Shown in pieces: positions 19,531 to 29,379 of a DNA stretch of 64,000 nucleotides. The position numbers and the translations under genes are program-made. Within the stretch, counting starts at the first letter, position 1; each line of letters begins with the position of its first letter. This DNA is from Eggerthellales bacterium (GTDB lineage: Bacteria > Actinomycetota > Coriobacteriia > Coriobacteriales > Eggerthellaceae), in the NCBI GenBank assembly GCA_029225085.1, contig JAQXVU010000010.1, forward strand, positions 23,816 to 87,815, written 5' to 3'. Below the pieces are notes generated by a model. It saw only the letters and a program-made list of their open reading frames with translations, was not told the origin of the DNA and did not search any database.

Positions 19531-20826
19531 ATGCATAGGGAATCGAACGTCATTTTCTACGAATTTATTCTGGTAGCCGTTGCTGCTGCCTCTGCCGGTG
19601 CCCTTATCTGGTTCTCTGTCTCTGACAGCGGGAACATTTGGGCTATCTGGGCAGCGGGATGCCTCTGCACGGCGGCGCTGCTGGGATTCATCCTGATCGT
19701 GGCTGACCCCAACAGGGTCAGGGCCCACAACACCGACAAGATGCTCACCCTTGCCAGTCAGATGCTGGAAGTGGTGAGCCAGGGCCTGAACTTCGAGACC
19801 GCCCAGAAGGTCTGCGAGCTGCTGCTGCCCGCTACCAGCGGTGTGGCTGTGGCCATTACCGACACCACCCACATCCTGGGATATGCTGGCGTTTCCGAGG
19901 ATGGGGCTAACCCCTCCGGCAAGGAGATTCGCACCCAGGCAACCAAGGAAACCGTGAAGGACGGGCAGACTCGCCTCATGATGTCCGCTCAGGAGATCGG
20001 CTTCAGCTCCGAGGTGCGGGAGATTAAGGGTGCCATCATTGTGCCCCTGAAGGTGTCTAACGAGGTGAAGGGAACCCTGAAGTTCTACTACTCCCATCCT
20101 CGCTACATCAACGATACCCAGCGCTCCATCGCCGAGGGCTTCGGCGAGATTCTTTCCACCCAGATGGCTGTAGCCGAGCTCGAAGAGCAGAAGAAGATGG
20201 CCACCACCATGGAGCTGCGCATTCTACAGACCCAGATTAACCCCCACTTCCTCTTCAACACCCTGAACACCATTGCGGCCTTCATTCGCATAGATCCTGA
20301 CAAGGCTCGCGTGCTGCTGCGTGACTTCGCCACCTTCTACCGCAAGACTTTGGAAGATTCCGGTGACCTCATCGAGCTGCGCAAGGAGGTCGATCAGACC
20401 AAGCGCTACTTCAGCTTCGAGTTGGCACGCTTCGGCGAGGAGAGCCTCGAGTTGGTGGTAGACGTTCCCGAAGAGTTGGAGAACCTGCTGATCCCCTCCT
20501 TCCTCATTCAGCCCATCGTCGAGAACTCCGTGCGCCATGGTCGTAGGGCGGGGGAGAAGCTCACCATCACCGTTTCCGCGAGGGCTAAGGGCGATGACCT
20601 GATCATCACCGTGAAGGACGACGGCGTGGGCATGACCGAGGAGCAGCGCCAGAACATCATGCATGCGAAATCTACCTCTGGCCTGGGCATTGCCGTGAAG
20701 AACATCAACGAGCGCGTTCGCGGATACTTCGGCCCGGAGAGCACCATGACCTATGGTGGTGAGGCCGGCGTGGGCACTACCGTCGAGCTGTACCTGAAAG
20801 ATGGCGTGGGCAAGGAATACTGCTAG
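19531..20826 (+). CDS. LytS/YehU-type sensor histidine kinase (2 TM + GAF-like + His_kinase + HATPase)
   Basis: INPHFLFNTLNTIAAFI motif, then ENSVRHG...DDGVGM...GLGI. ATG 19531 follows GAGGAAAGG; track ORF 19471 is in the same frame. Confidence 0.85.
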   Translation: MHRESNVIFYEFILVAVAAASAGALIWFSVSDSGNIWAIWAAGCLCTAALLGFILIVADPNRVRAHNTDKMLTLASQMLEVVSQGLNFETAQKVCELLLPATSGVAVAITDTTHILGYAGVSEDGANPSGKEIRTQATKETVKDGQTRLMMSAQEIGFSSEVREIKGAIIVPLKVSNEVKGTLKFYYSHPRYINDTQRSIAEGFGEILSTQMAVAELEEQKKMATTMELRILQTQINPHFLFNTLNTIAAFIRIDPDKARVLLRDFATFYRKTLEDSGDLIELRKEVDQTKRYFSFELARFGEESLELVVDVPEELENLLIPSFLIQPIVENSVRHGRRAGEKLTITVSARAKGDDLIITVKDDGVGMTEEQRQNIMHAKSTSGLGIAVKNINERVRGYFGPESTMTYGGEAGVGTTVELYLKDGVGKEYC

Positions 20827-21044
20827 AAGCAATGGCTAATGGACAATTGAGGATTATTTTTCTTGCCCATCAATTGTTTCTATAAGTTTTCCCAGTTCAG
20901 TCCAAATAGAGGTAATAGGATGGTCAATTTTCATATTCGTCCGATATCTATTAGCGGTATAAGTTGTTGGTGAATGGTCTATAATGCACTTTGTATTATC
21001 TTGCACTGAAACTATGCATAGCATTTTGAACGGAGGAGCGGAAC

Positions 21045-21761
21045 ATGTTGCCTAAGGCTATGATCGTTGATGACGAGGCCCCAGCTCGCTCTGAATTGAA
21101 ATACCTCCTTGATGAGCTTGGACAGGCTGAGGTCGTTGCTGAGGCTGCCAGCGTTCGTGAAGCCGTCGAGAAACTGAAGGAGTATCCCTGCGATGTCCTG
21201 TTCCTCGATGTGAACATGCCCGAGGCTACGGGTATGCAGCTTGCGGAGGCTCTGCAGCATCTGAAGTACCCACCTGCCGTGGTGTTCGTCACCGCTTACA
21301 GCGAGTTCGCACTCGACGCCTTCAAGGTGAACGCTATCGACTACCTCATTAAGCCTGTCGAGACCGAGCGTCTGGCTCAGGCCCTCGCCCGCGTGGTCGA
21401 GCATATCTCTCTGCACAGCAAGGCTCAGAAGTCTGAGCGCATCCCTGTCGAGAAAGCCGGCAAGAAGATCCTCATCAACATCGACACCATTCGCTACGTT
21501 ATGGCGCGCGATGACTATGCATATCTGCAGACCGACACGGATCGTTACTTCTCTACTGGCAGCCTCGCTCAGCTCGAGAAGCGCCTCGATGGTCACGGCT
21601 TCTTCCGCGTGCATCGCGGTTACCTGGTGAACCTGGCCATGGTGAAGGAGGTCGAGTCCGTTTCCGGCGGTACGCTGCTGCTGACTCTCGATGGCATCGA
21701 GGACAAGGTTCCCGTTTCCCGCCGTCGCGTCTCCTCCCTGAAGAAGGCTCTGAACCTGTAG
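21045..21761 (+). CDS. LytTR-family response regulator
   Basis: REC domain (IVDDE...DVLFLDVNMP...), and a LytTR C-terminus (IRYVMARDDYAYLQT...FFRVHRGYLVNL). RBS GGAGGAG. Confidence 0.9.
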   Translation: MLPKAMIVDDEAPARSELKYLLDELGQAEVVAEAASVREAVEKLKEYPCDVLFLDVNMPEATGMQLAEALQHLKYPPAVVFVTAYSEFALDAFKVNAIDYLIKPVETERLAQALARVVEHISLHSKAQKSERIPVEKAGKKILINIDTIRYVMARDDYAYLQTDTDRYFSTGSLAQLEKRLDGHGFFRVHRGYLVNLAMVKEVESVSGGTLLLTLDGIEDKVPVSRRRVSSLKKALNL

Positions 21762-21787
21762 CAGTCTTCGCAGTTGGTAATTTGCTC

Positions 21788-21821
21788 CCGCCGCGCTTCT
21801 CACGAGGCGCGGCGGTTTTTT
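21788..21821 (+). terminator. intrinsic terminator after response regulator
   Basis: Stem CCGCCGCGC/GCGCGGCGG with a 10-nt loop, then TTTTTT. Confidence 0.85.
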
Positions 21822-21842
21822 ATACGAGGTTAGGAGATCCTC

Positions 21843-24251
21843 ATGATCGAAGCCCTTTCCATTCAGGTACAGGGAATCGTGCAGGGCGTTGGTTTTCGCC
21901 CCTTCGTGTACCGCACGGCTCTTCGTTTCAAGATTCACGGCTGGGTGCGCAACGCCATCGACGGCGTGCACATTCATGCAGAGGGCGAGAGCCTGCTTCT
22001 CGACCAGTTCGCCCTCGAGCTCTCTGAGCGCCCTCCGGTGGCCGCTCAGGTGAAGTGCATTAACTTAGCGGAGGTTCCCCCCGAGGGCTATGCCGACTTC
22101 CAGATCCTCTTCTCCGACGATGACGCGGTAGAAGAGGTCACCTTGGTCTCGCCTGACCTGGGAATCTGCGACGAATGCGCCGCCGAGCTCTTCAACCCCG
22201 AGGATCGCCGCTATCGCTATCCCTTCATTAACTGCACGGATTGCGGCCCTCGCTTCACCATCATCCAGGATCTGCCCTACGATCGCCCCCGCACCTCTAT
22301 GGCGTCCTTCGCCATGTGCCCTGAGTGCGCTGGCGAGTATGAGGATCCCGCCAACAGGCGCTTCCACGCGCAGCCCGACGCCTGCTTCGCCTGCGGCCCC
22401 CAGCTTTCCTGGTACGTGGGGGAGCCCACCCAGGTAGAGGGCTGCACCACCGATGACCAGGGCGTTGCCTGGGCCTGCGATCGCCAGAGCAGCGACGCCA
22501 TCATCGCCGAGGCCGTGTCCGCCCTGCGTCAGGGGAAGATCCTGGCAGTGAAGGGTCTGGGTGGCTTCCACTTGGTATGTGACGCCGCAAACGAGCAGAC
22601 GGTGGCCGAGCTGCGTGCTCGCAAGCGCCGCTCCCATAAGGCTCTGGCCTGCATGGTCTCCTCGGTGCAGGAAGCCCGCGAGCTCTGCCTGGTCAGCGAC
22701 GAGGAGGCGGCTCAGCTGAAGAGCCCTGTGCGTCCTATCGTGCTGCTGCGCAAGCGTCCCGACGTGACGCTGCCCGTGGGGCTGGCCGATGACCTTTCGG
22801 AGCTGGGACTCATGCTGCCTTCTACCCCTCTGCAGCATCTGCTGCTGCATGACTTCGGGGGCATGTTGGTGATGACCAGCGGAAACTTGCATGACGAGCC
22901 CATTCAGACCGACGACGACCAGGCACGTCGCGCTCTGGCGGGGGTGGCCGATGCCTTCTTGGGTAACAACCGTCCCATCCTGCAGCGCTATGACGACTCG
23001 GTGATTCGCGTCATCAAGGCAGGAAGCGCCGGCTTCGCCACCCAGGTGATCAGGCGCGCCCGCGGTTTGGCACCTGCTCCTCTTGCCCTGCCCAAGGCTT
23101 TGGGTTTGGAAGGGGAGACCGCTTCGGTCTTCGCCACTGGCCCTGAGCAGAAGAACACCTTCTGTCTGACCAGGGGTGCCGAGGCGCTGGTGTCTCAGCA
23201 TCAGGGCGATATGGAAAACGTCGAGACCTTCGATGCCTGGTTGGAAAGCAAGGAGGCCTACCAGCGGGTCTTCCTGGCGAACCCTCAGCTCACGGTTTGC
23301 GACAAGCACCCTGAGTACCTCACCAGCAAGTGGGCCGCCAAGAATGCGCCCGAGCCCTTCAAGGTGCAGCATCACCATGCCCACATCGTGTCGGCCATGG
23401 CGGAGAACGACCTGTCCGGAGCCGTGTGCGGCATCGCTTTCGACGGCACCGGCTATGGCGAGGACGGCAACATCTGGGGCGGCGAGGTACTGCTGAGCAA
23501 CCTGCAGATCTTCGAGCGCTTCGCCAACTTCGCCTACGTGCCCATGCCCGGTGGAGCGGCGGCTATCAAGCATCCTCTGCGCATGGCCTATGGCGTGCTG
23601 TGGCAGAATGACCTGCTCGAGCACCCTGGCGCCGCAGACGTGGTGCAGGGCCTCGGCGCTGCTGCCGACCTGTGCGGTCAGATGATTGAGTCCTCCCTGA
23701 ACACTCCCTACACCTCATCGGTGGGACGCCTCTTCGACGCCGTATCTGCTCTGCTGGGCGTTTGCACGGAGCCTACCTACGAGGGGGAGGGCGCTGTACT
23801 GCTCGAAGCCGCTATTTCTGCTGAGCCTGCCGCTGCTGCCGACGTCACCGACGAGCGCTACCAGGTGGCCATCACCAAGAACATCGCAACCCACGATTCC
23901 ACGGCGCTCGATACCTCGGTGCTCCTGTACGAGACCGAGGGCGTGTTGCGGGCCATCCTCGACGACAAGGTGGCTGGCGTACCCGTAGGCGTCATCGCCA
24001 AGCGCTTCCACGATGCCATGGCCGACGCCGTGCTGAAATCTGCCCTTTTGGTGAATCAGGTCTACGGCATCACCACAGTGGTGCTGTCCGGTGGCGTGTT
24101 CATGAACCGGTACCTTACGGAGAAGTCCCTGGCCATGCTCGAGGAAACCGGATTCACGGCGGTCGTCAACAGGGACTTGCCGCCTAACGACGGCTGCATT
24201 TCCTATGGCCAGGCCGTGGTAGCATGGGCGACAGCAAAGAACAAAGCATAG
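21843..24251 (+). CDS. hypF: [NiFe]-hydrogenase maturation carbamoyltransferase HypF
   Basis: Acylphosphatase N-terminus (VQGVGFRPFVY), two zinc-finger pairs (CDECAAEL...CTDCGPRF; CPECAGEY...CFACGP), YrdC-like and Kae1-like domains. Confidence 0.95.
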   Translation: MIEALSIQVQGIVQGVGFRPFVYRTALRFKIHGWVRNAIDGVHIHAEGESLLLDQFALELSERPPVAAQVKCINLAEVPPEGYADFQILFSDDDAVEEVTLVSPDLGICDECAAELFNPEDRRYRYPFINCTDCGPRFTIIQDLPYDRPRTSMASFAMCPECAGEYEDPANRRFHAQPDACFACGPQLSWYVGEPTQVEGCTTDDQGVAWACDRQSSDAIIAEAVSALRQGKILAVKGLGGFHLVCDAANEQTVAELRARKRRSHKALACMVSSVQEARELCLVSDEEAAQLKSPVRPIVLLRKRPDVTLPVGLADDLSELGLMLPSTPLQHLLLHDFGGMLVMTSGNLHDEPIQTDDDQARRALAGVADAFLGNNRPILQRYDDSVIRVIKAGSAGFATQVIRRARGLAPAPLALPKALGLEGETASVFATGPEQKNTFCLTRGAEALVSQHQGDMENVETFDAWLESKEAYQRVFLANPQLTVCDKHPEYLTSKWAAKNAPEPFKVQHHHAHIVSAMAENDLSGAVCGIAFDGTGYGEDGNIWGGEVLLSNLQIFERFANFAYVPMPGGAAAIKHPLRMAYGVLWQNDLLEHPGAADVVQGLGAAADLCGQMIESSLNTPYTSSVGRLFDAVSALLGVCTEPTYEGEGAVLLEAAISAEPAAAADVTDERYQVAITKNIATHDSTALDTSVLLYETEGVLRAILDDKVAGVPVGVIAKRFHDAMADAVLKSALLVNQVYGITTVVLSGGVFMNRYLTEKSLAMLEETGFTAVVNRDLPPNDGCISYGQAVVAWATAKNKA

Positions 24252-24278
24252 AATCCCACGTAGAGGGAGGAGCAAACC

Positions 24279-24509
24279 ATGTGCTTAGCTATTCCTGCTC
24301 AGGTGTCTGAGATCGGCGAGGATAACCTGGCCACCGTCGACATCATGGGCGTAACCCGTCAGGTGTCTCTCGATCTGACCCCTGCCGCAAAGGTGGGCGA
24401 CTACGTGCTGGTGCACGCCGGCTTCGCTATCGAGATCGTCGACGAGCAGTTCGCTCAGGAAACCCTCGACCTTATTCGGCAGTTCCCCGAGCTAGCGGAC
24501 ATCGCGTAG
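24279..24509 (+). CDS. hypC: hydrogenase maturation chaperone HypC
   Basis: N-terminal MCLAIPAQV, 76 aa. RBS GGGAGGAG. Confidence 0.93.
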   Translation: MCLAIPAQVSEIGEDNLATVDIMGVTRQVSLDLTPAAKVGDYVLVHAGFAIEIVDEQFAQETLDLIRQFPELADIA

Positions 24510-24518
24510 AGGACGACT

Positions 24519-25598
24519 ATGGATCTGAACGCCTTTAAGGACCCGGCCCTGGCAAAGGGCCTCATCGCCTCCATTCAGAAGTGGGCTCCCGAGCATGCAG
24601 TGCTTATGGAAGTTTGCGGAACCCACACGGTAGCCATCGCTCGCAACGGCATTCGCAACCTGATGCCTGAAGGCACGCGCTTGGCCTCGGGTCCCGGTTG
24701 CCCGGTGTGCGTCACCAGCAACCGCGACATCGACACCGTCATTGCCCTGTCCCGAGTGCCCAACGTCATCATCACCACCTTCGGCGATATGACCCGCGTC
24801 CCCGGCTCCTCTTCGAGCCTGCTGAAGGAGCAGGCCGCTGGTGCCGATGTGCGTATCTGCTATTCGCCCCTCGATGCTCTGACCATCGCTAAGGAGAACC
24901 CCGATCGCCCGGTGGTCTTCGTGGGCGTGGGCTTCGAGACCACTACGCCTCTGGTGGCTATGGCCATTAAGCGCGCTCGTGCCATGGGCCTTTCCAACTT
25001 CAGCGTCTTCGCGGCTCACAAGAATATGCCTGGCGCTCTGGAAGCCATCATCGCCGACCCCAAGCTGCAGGTAGATGCTCTGATTCTCCCCGGTCACGTC
25101 AGCACCATCATCGGTGTAGAGCCCTATCGCTTCCTGGCCGAGAAGTACGGCATCCCCGGCGTCATAACCGGCTTTGAGCCCCTCGATGTTCTGGAAGGCA
25201 TCACCATGCTCATGCGCCAGCTGCATGAGGGTCGCGCTGAGATCGAGATCGCCTACAAGCGCGGCGTGATGGAACAGGGCAACCCGGTGGCCATGGCCGT
25301 CATCGACGAGGTCTTCGATACCTGCACCGCCACCTGGCGCGGCTTGGGTCCCATCGAGGGCTCCGGCTACTGCATTCGCCCTGAATACGCCCAGTTCGAC
25401 GCCTTGCGTCGCTTCGACCTAGACATTGAGCCCACGGTGGAGCCCAGGGGCTGCCGTTGCGGCGACGTGCTGCGAAGCGCCATGGCTCCTGACGAGTGTC
25501 CCCTCTTCAACAAGGTCTGCACCCCCGAAAATCCCGTAGGTCCCTGCATGGTCTCGAGCGAGGGATCCTGCGCTGCCTACTACCGTTACTACCGATAG
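24519..25598 (+). CDS. hypD: hydrogenase maturation protein HypD
   Basis: GPGCPVCVT motif, GFETT, and a C-terminal Cys-rich cluster (CRCGDV...CP...PVGPCMVSSEGSCAAY). Confidence 0.95.
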   Translation: MDLNAFKDPALAKGLIASIQKWAPEHAVLMEVCGTHTVAIARNGIRNLMPEGTRLASGPGCPVCVTSNRDIDTVIALSRVPNVIITTFGDMTRVPGSSSSLLKEQAAGADVRICYSPLDALTIAKENPDRPVVFVGVGFETTTPLVAMAIKRARAMGLSNFSVFAAHKNMPGALEAIIADPKLQVDALILPGHVSTIIGVEPYRFLAEKYGIPGVITGFEPLDVLEGITMLMRQLHEGRAEIEIAYKRGVMEQGNPVAMAVIDEVFDTCTATWRGLGPIEGSGYCIRPEYAQFDALRRFDLDIEPTVEPRGCRCGDVLRSAMAPDECPLFNKVCTPENPVGPCMVSSEGSCAAYYRYYR

Positions 25599-25604
25599 GA
25601 ATCT

Positions 25605-26297
25605 ATGATCGACGCCGAAACTCCCCGCAAGCAACGCATTCGCAAGAGAAAGCCCTGCGACAAGGAGCGCCGTTTCTCCGTAGGTGAGGATGTTGCCAGC
25701 TCTATCGCTCAGGGAGTGGGCGCCATCCTGGCCATTGTGGCGGTGCCCCTGTGCATTGTGAAGGCGGTGTCCGACGGCGGCGAGCTCCTGTTGGCTCTGG
25801 CCTTGCTGTACACGGTGCCCATGCTGCTGTGGACGGTGGCCTCGGTGCTCCGCCACGCCCTGCAGCACGATACGCCTCGGCGGGTGTTCACCGTTCTCGA
25901 CCACTGCTTCGCCGCGGTGTTCATGGGCTCGCTGTGCACCATGTATTTGCTGACGATCCCCGACCTGGTCATCGCCTCGTCGCTGGTGGGTGCCGTGTGG
26001 GTCATCTGCCTCGCGGCTATACTGGCGGAGCTGTTCTGGAAGAAGCGCCCGGTGTGGGTTCTCCCTGCCCTTTTTGTGCTCTTCGGCGTGGTGTTCCTTG
26101 CGGCGGTGCCCTCGTTAGCCGGGTTCTTAGACCCCGTGCTCTTCGGATGCCTGATGATAGGCGCCCTGCTTTGGCTTGTGGGACTGTTCTTCTACTGGTT
26201 CGGCCGCGAGGTGCCCTATCTGCACTTCGTCTTCCACATCCTCATGACTGTGGGCATGCTCCTGCTGTTCTTCCCCACGTTGCTGGGTATCCTGTAG
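25605..26297 (+). CDS. hemolysin III / PAQR-family membrane protein
   Basis: 7-TM-like profile. Has an N-terminal EDVASSIAQGVG segment, conserved His residues (RHAL, LDHC, HFVFHILM) and is about 230 aa. Confidence 0.6.
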   Translation: MIDAETPRKQRIRKRKPCDKERRFSVGEDVASSIAQGVGAILAIVAVPLCIVKAVSDGGELLLALALLYTVPMLLWTVASVLRHALQHDTPRRVFTVLDHCFAAVFMGSLCTMYLLTIPDLVIASSLVGAVWVICLAAILAELFWKKRPVWVLPALFVLFGVVFLAAVPSLAGFLDPVLFGCLMIGALLWLVGLFFYWFGREVPYLHFVFHILMTVGMLLLFFPTLLGIL

Positions 26298-26355
26298 AGG
26301 TTGCCCCGAGCCTGCTGGGTATCCTGTAGAGGTTGCTCTGAGCCTGCTGGGGCTT
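26281..26355. repeat. 32-bp tandem repeat x2.3 that starts in the last codons of the upstream gene and includes its stop
   Basis: TGCTGGGTATCCTGTAGAGGTTGC(CC/TC)(C/T)GAGCC at 26281-26312 and 26313-26344, with a partial third copy. Confidence 0.85.
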
Positions 26356-26625
26356 GCTCGGCGGTTGCGAAGCGGAATTTCGGTGGTTCCACTGGGCCGT
26401 TTTGAAAAGTCCGCGGGAGCCGCTGAGCCCTATCTTCCACATATTTAACAGCTTCGAAAAAGGCTCCGTGGGTGAACCCGGGGCCTTTTGGAATTATAAT
26501 GTCAAGCGATTGTATGCTGTTACAGAGGGAAGGCTCGCTGACAGGGAGAGCGGCAGTAGTGGGGGAGGGCCCTGCATGTCGGTTTCGCTGTGTCGGCCTT
26601 CTGGCATTTGATAGAAAGTGAAGCC

Positions 26626-29199
26626 ATGAAAGAATACAACCCTCATGAGATTGAGCCTCGCCTGCAGGAGCAGTGGGAAGAGGCCGGTCTTCACAAGGTG
26701 ACCGAGGAGGAGGGCAAGCCCAAGAAGTACGTCCTCGAGATGTTCCCCTATCCTTCCGGTGACATTCACATGGGCCACGTGCGCAACTACACCATTGGCG
26801 ACGTGACCGCTCGCTACTACAAGATGAAGGGCTTCGACGTGCTGCATCCCATGGGCTGGGATGCCTTCGGTCTGCCTGCCGAGAACGCAGCCATCAAGCG
26901 CAAGAGCCACCCCGCTAAGTGGACGTACTCTAACATCGAGACCCAGAAGGCTTCCTTCAAGCGCATGGGCTTCTCCTATGACTGGGATCGCACCGTAGTG
27001 GCCTGCGACCCCGAGTACTATCGCTGGGGTCAGTACATCTTCCTGAAGTTCTGGGAGCGCGGCCTGGTAGAGCGCCGCAACTCTCCTGTGAACTGGTGCC
27101 CAAGCTGTCAGACCGTTCTGGCTAACGAGCAGGTCACCGAGGGCCGCTGCTGGCGTTGCGACTCTGAGGTAGAGAAGCGCGACCTGACCCAGTGGTACTT
27201 CAAGATCACCGATTACGCTCAGGAGCTCCTGGACGACCTGGACAAGCTGGATGGCTGGCCCGAGCGCGTTAAGCAGCAGCAGGCCAACTGGATCGGCCGC
27301 TCCGAGGGCGCCGAGGTAGACTTCATCCTCTGCGATGCCGAGGGCAACGTTCCCGAGAACCCCACCGAGGATGACATCCTCACCGTGTTCACCACCCGCG
27401 CAGATACCCTCTTCGGCTGCAGCTTCTTCCTGCTGGCTCCTGAGAGCAAGCTTCTGCATGAGCTGGTGGCCGGCACCGAGTACGAGGCTGCCGTTATGCA
27501 GGTGGTGGAAGACGCTAAGAAGATCACCGCCGTAGAGCGCGCTCAGGGTAACAAGGACAAGCATGGTGCCTTCACCGGTCGCTACGTGGTGAACCCCGTG
27601 AACGGCGAGAAGGTTCCCGTTTGGGTAGGCGATTACATCGTTGCTGACTACGGCACCGGTGCGGTTATGGCCGTTCCCTGCGGCGACCAGCGCGACTTCG
27701 AGTTCGCTCGCAAGTACGACCTGCCCATCATCCCCATCATCGTCACCGAGGACGACCCCCTGTATCCCGAGCTCAAGGATGAGCAGGGCCGCAAGGTTAC
27801 GTCCGTAACCTGGGACGAGGCCATGGCTGCCGAGGGCATTCTGGTACAGAGCGGCAAGTACACTGGCATGGTGGGCGGCAAGCACTCCGAGGCCGAGGCC
27901 GCTATCGTTGCCGACCTGGAGGCTTCCGGTCGCGGCCGTCGCAAGGTGGAGTTCCGTCTGCGCGACTGGCTCATCTCCCGTCAGCGCTACTGGGGCAACC
28001 CCATCCCCGCCATTCACTGCCCCGAGTGCGGCGTCGTGCCCGTTCCCTACGAGGACCTGCCTGTGCGCCTGCCTGAGGACATCGACCTGGCTGCTGGCGA
28101 GACCCTGGCAACTCACGAGGAGTTCGCCAAGTGCACCTGCCCCAAGTGCGGTGGTCCTGCTCGTCGCGAGACCGACACCATGGATACCTTCACCTGCTCT
28201 AGCTGGTACTACATGCGCTATACCGATCCTCACAACACCGAGGCACCTTTCGATTCCGACAAGGTGAACAAGTACATGCCCGTCGACCAGTACATCGGCG
28301 GCATCGAGCACGCGATTCTGCATCTGCTGTACAGCCGCTTCTTCACCAAGGTCCTGCGTGATGAGGGCATGCTCGACTTCGACGAGCCCTTCACCAACCT
28401 GCTGTGCCAGGGCATGGTTCTCGATGCCAACGGCGACGTCATGTCTAAGAGCAAGGGCAACGTCATCGCTCCTGAGGACATGATCGCTGAGTACGGTGCC
28501 GACGCCGTTCGCGCCTACATCCTGTTCATGGCTCCTCCCGATAAGGAGCTGCTGTGGAACGAGGACGGCCTGGCCGGTCTGTACAAGTTCCTGAACCGCG
28601 TCTGGCGCGTGGTCTACGATTTGGTGGGCGATGCTGGCGAGGAGACCCTCTTCCAGACCGCTGTGGGCCAGGACAAGGGCGCTGAGCTGGCCAAGAAGCT
28701 GAATCGTGAGCGTCATCGCGTAGTGGGCAAGGTCACCGAGGACATCGAGCGCAACAGCTTTAACACCGCTATCTCCGCCATCATGGAGCTGGTGAACGCT
28801 GCTGCCGAGTATCTCCGCGGCATTGACGCTGCAACCCGCAAGGGCTGCGACAAGCTGTCCGCTCTCGATGCCGACATTGCCACCACCATCGTGAAGCTGC
28901 TGGCTCCTGTGGCTCCTCACATGACCGACGAGCTGTGGGCAACCGCTCTTGGCCAGGAGGGCTCCGTACATGTGGCTCCATGGCCTGAGTTCGATCCCGA
29001 CCAGGCAAAGGATGACGAGGTAGAGCTGGCTGTTCAGGTGAACGGCAAGGTTCGCGCTAAGATCACCGTAGCCGCTGACGCCCCTTCCGATCAGGTAGAA
29101 GAGGTGGCCAAGCAGGCCGTTGCCTCCCTCATCGAGGGCAAGGACCTGAAGAAGGTCGTGGTTGTTCCCGGTCGTCTGGTGAACATCGTGGCCAAGTAG
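26626..29199 (+). CDS. leuS: leucyl-tRNA synthetase
   Basis: HMGHVRNY (HIGH motif), KMSKSKGN, and a CP1 editing domain. ATG 26626 gives [10 protein letters not shown]; the track ORF starts at 26590 in frame. Confidence 0.97.
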   Translation: MKEYNPHEIEPRLQEQWEEAGLHKVTEEEGKPKKYVLEMFPYPSGDIHMGHVRNYTIGDVTARYYKMKGFDVLHPMGWDAFGLPAENAAIKRKSHPAKWTYSNIETQKASFKRMGFSYDWDRTVVACDPEYYRWGQYIFLKFWERGLVERRNSPVNWCPSCQTVLANEQVTEGRCWRCDSEVEKRDLTQWYFKITDYAQELLDDLDKLDGWPERVKQQQANWIGRSEGAEVDFILCDAEGNVPENPTEDDILTVFTTRADTLFGCSFFLLAPESKLLHELVAGTEYEAAVMQVVEDAKKITAVERAQGNKDKHGAFTGRYVVNPVNGEKVPVWVGDYIVADYGTGAVMAVPCGDQRDFEFARKYDLPIIPIIVTEDDPLYPELKDEQGRKVTSVTWDEAMAAEGILVQSGKYTGMVGGKHSEAEAAIVADLEASGRGRRKVEFRLRDWLISRQRYWGNPIPAIHCPECGVVPVPYEDLPVRLPEDIDLAAGETLATHEEFAKCTCPKCGGPARRETDTMDTFTCSSWYYMRYTDPHNTEAPFDSDKVNKYMPVDQYIGGIEHAILHLLYSRFFTKVLRDEGMLDFDEPFTNLLCQGMVLDANGDVMSKSKGNVIAPEDMIAEYGADAVRAYILFMAPPDKELLWNEDGLAGLYKFLNRVWRVVYDLVGDAGEETLFQTAVGQDKGAELAKKLNRERHRVVGKVTEDIERNSFNTAISAIMELVNAAAEYLRGIDAATRKGCDKLSALDADIATTIVKLLAPVAPHMTDELWATALGQEGSVHVAPWPEFDPDQAKDDEVELAVQVNGKVRAKITVAADAPSDQVEEVAKQAVASLIEGKDLKKVVVVPGRLVNIVAK

Positions 29200-29225
29200 C
29201 CTGGTCTTTCCCATCGTTTGGAATG

Positions 29226-29255
29226 CGCGCCTCGGGATTCCCGGGGCGCGTTTTT
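29226..29255 (+). terminator. intrinsic terminator after leuS
   Basis: 11-bp stem CGCGCCTCGGG/CCCGGGGCGCG followed by TTTTT. Confidence 0.85.
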
Positions 29256-29379
29256 GCTCATATACAGTCAATTTATGCAAATCGCTGAACGAATCGGTCA
29301 CTGGCTGAAATTGAAACGCGGCTGGTTCTGTGAAAGAATCGGCAAGGAATGCTTTTTCGTTAGCAAAGGGGATTAAAGC

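Noticed and set aside
20854-21024. 56-codon minus-strand ORF (MLCIVSVQDNTK...IDGQEK) and 17-codon plus-strand ORF in the AT-rich kinase/regulator spacer
   Set aside because: Neither has a Shine-Dalgarno sequence (the minus-strand upstream region is the complement of the regulator's RBS), and there are no recognisable motifs. The region is kept only as a finding.
26490-26625. Possible T-box leader upstream of leuS
   Set aside because: The leader is only about 125 nt from the best -10 candidate to the ATG. No GGTGGTACC-type T-box sequence or specifier-loop architecture was seen.
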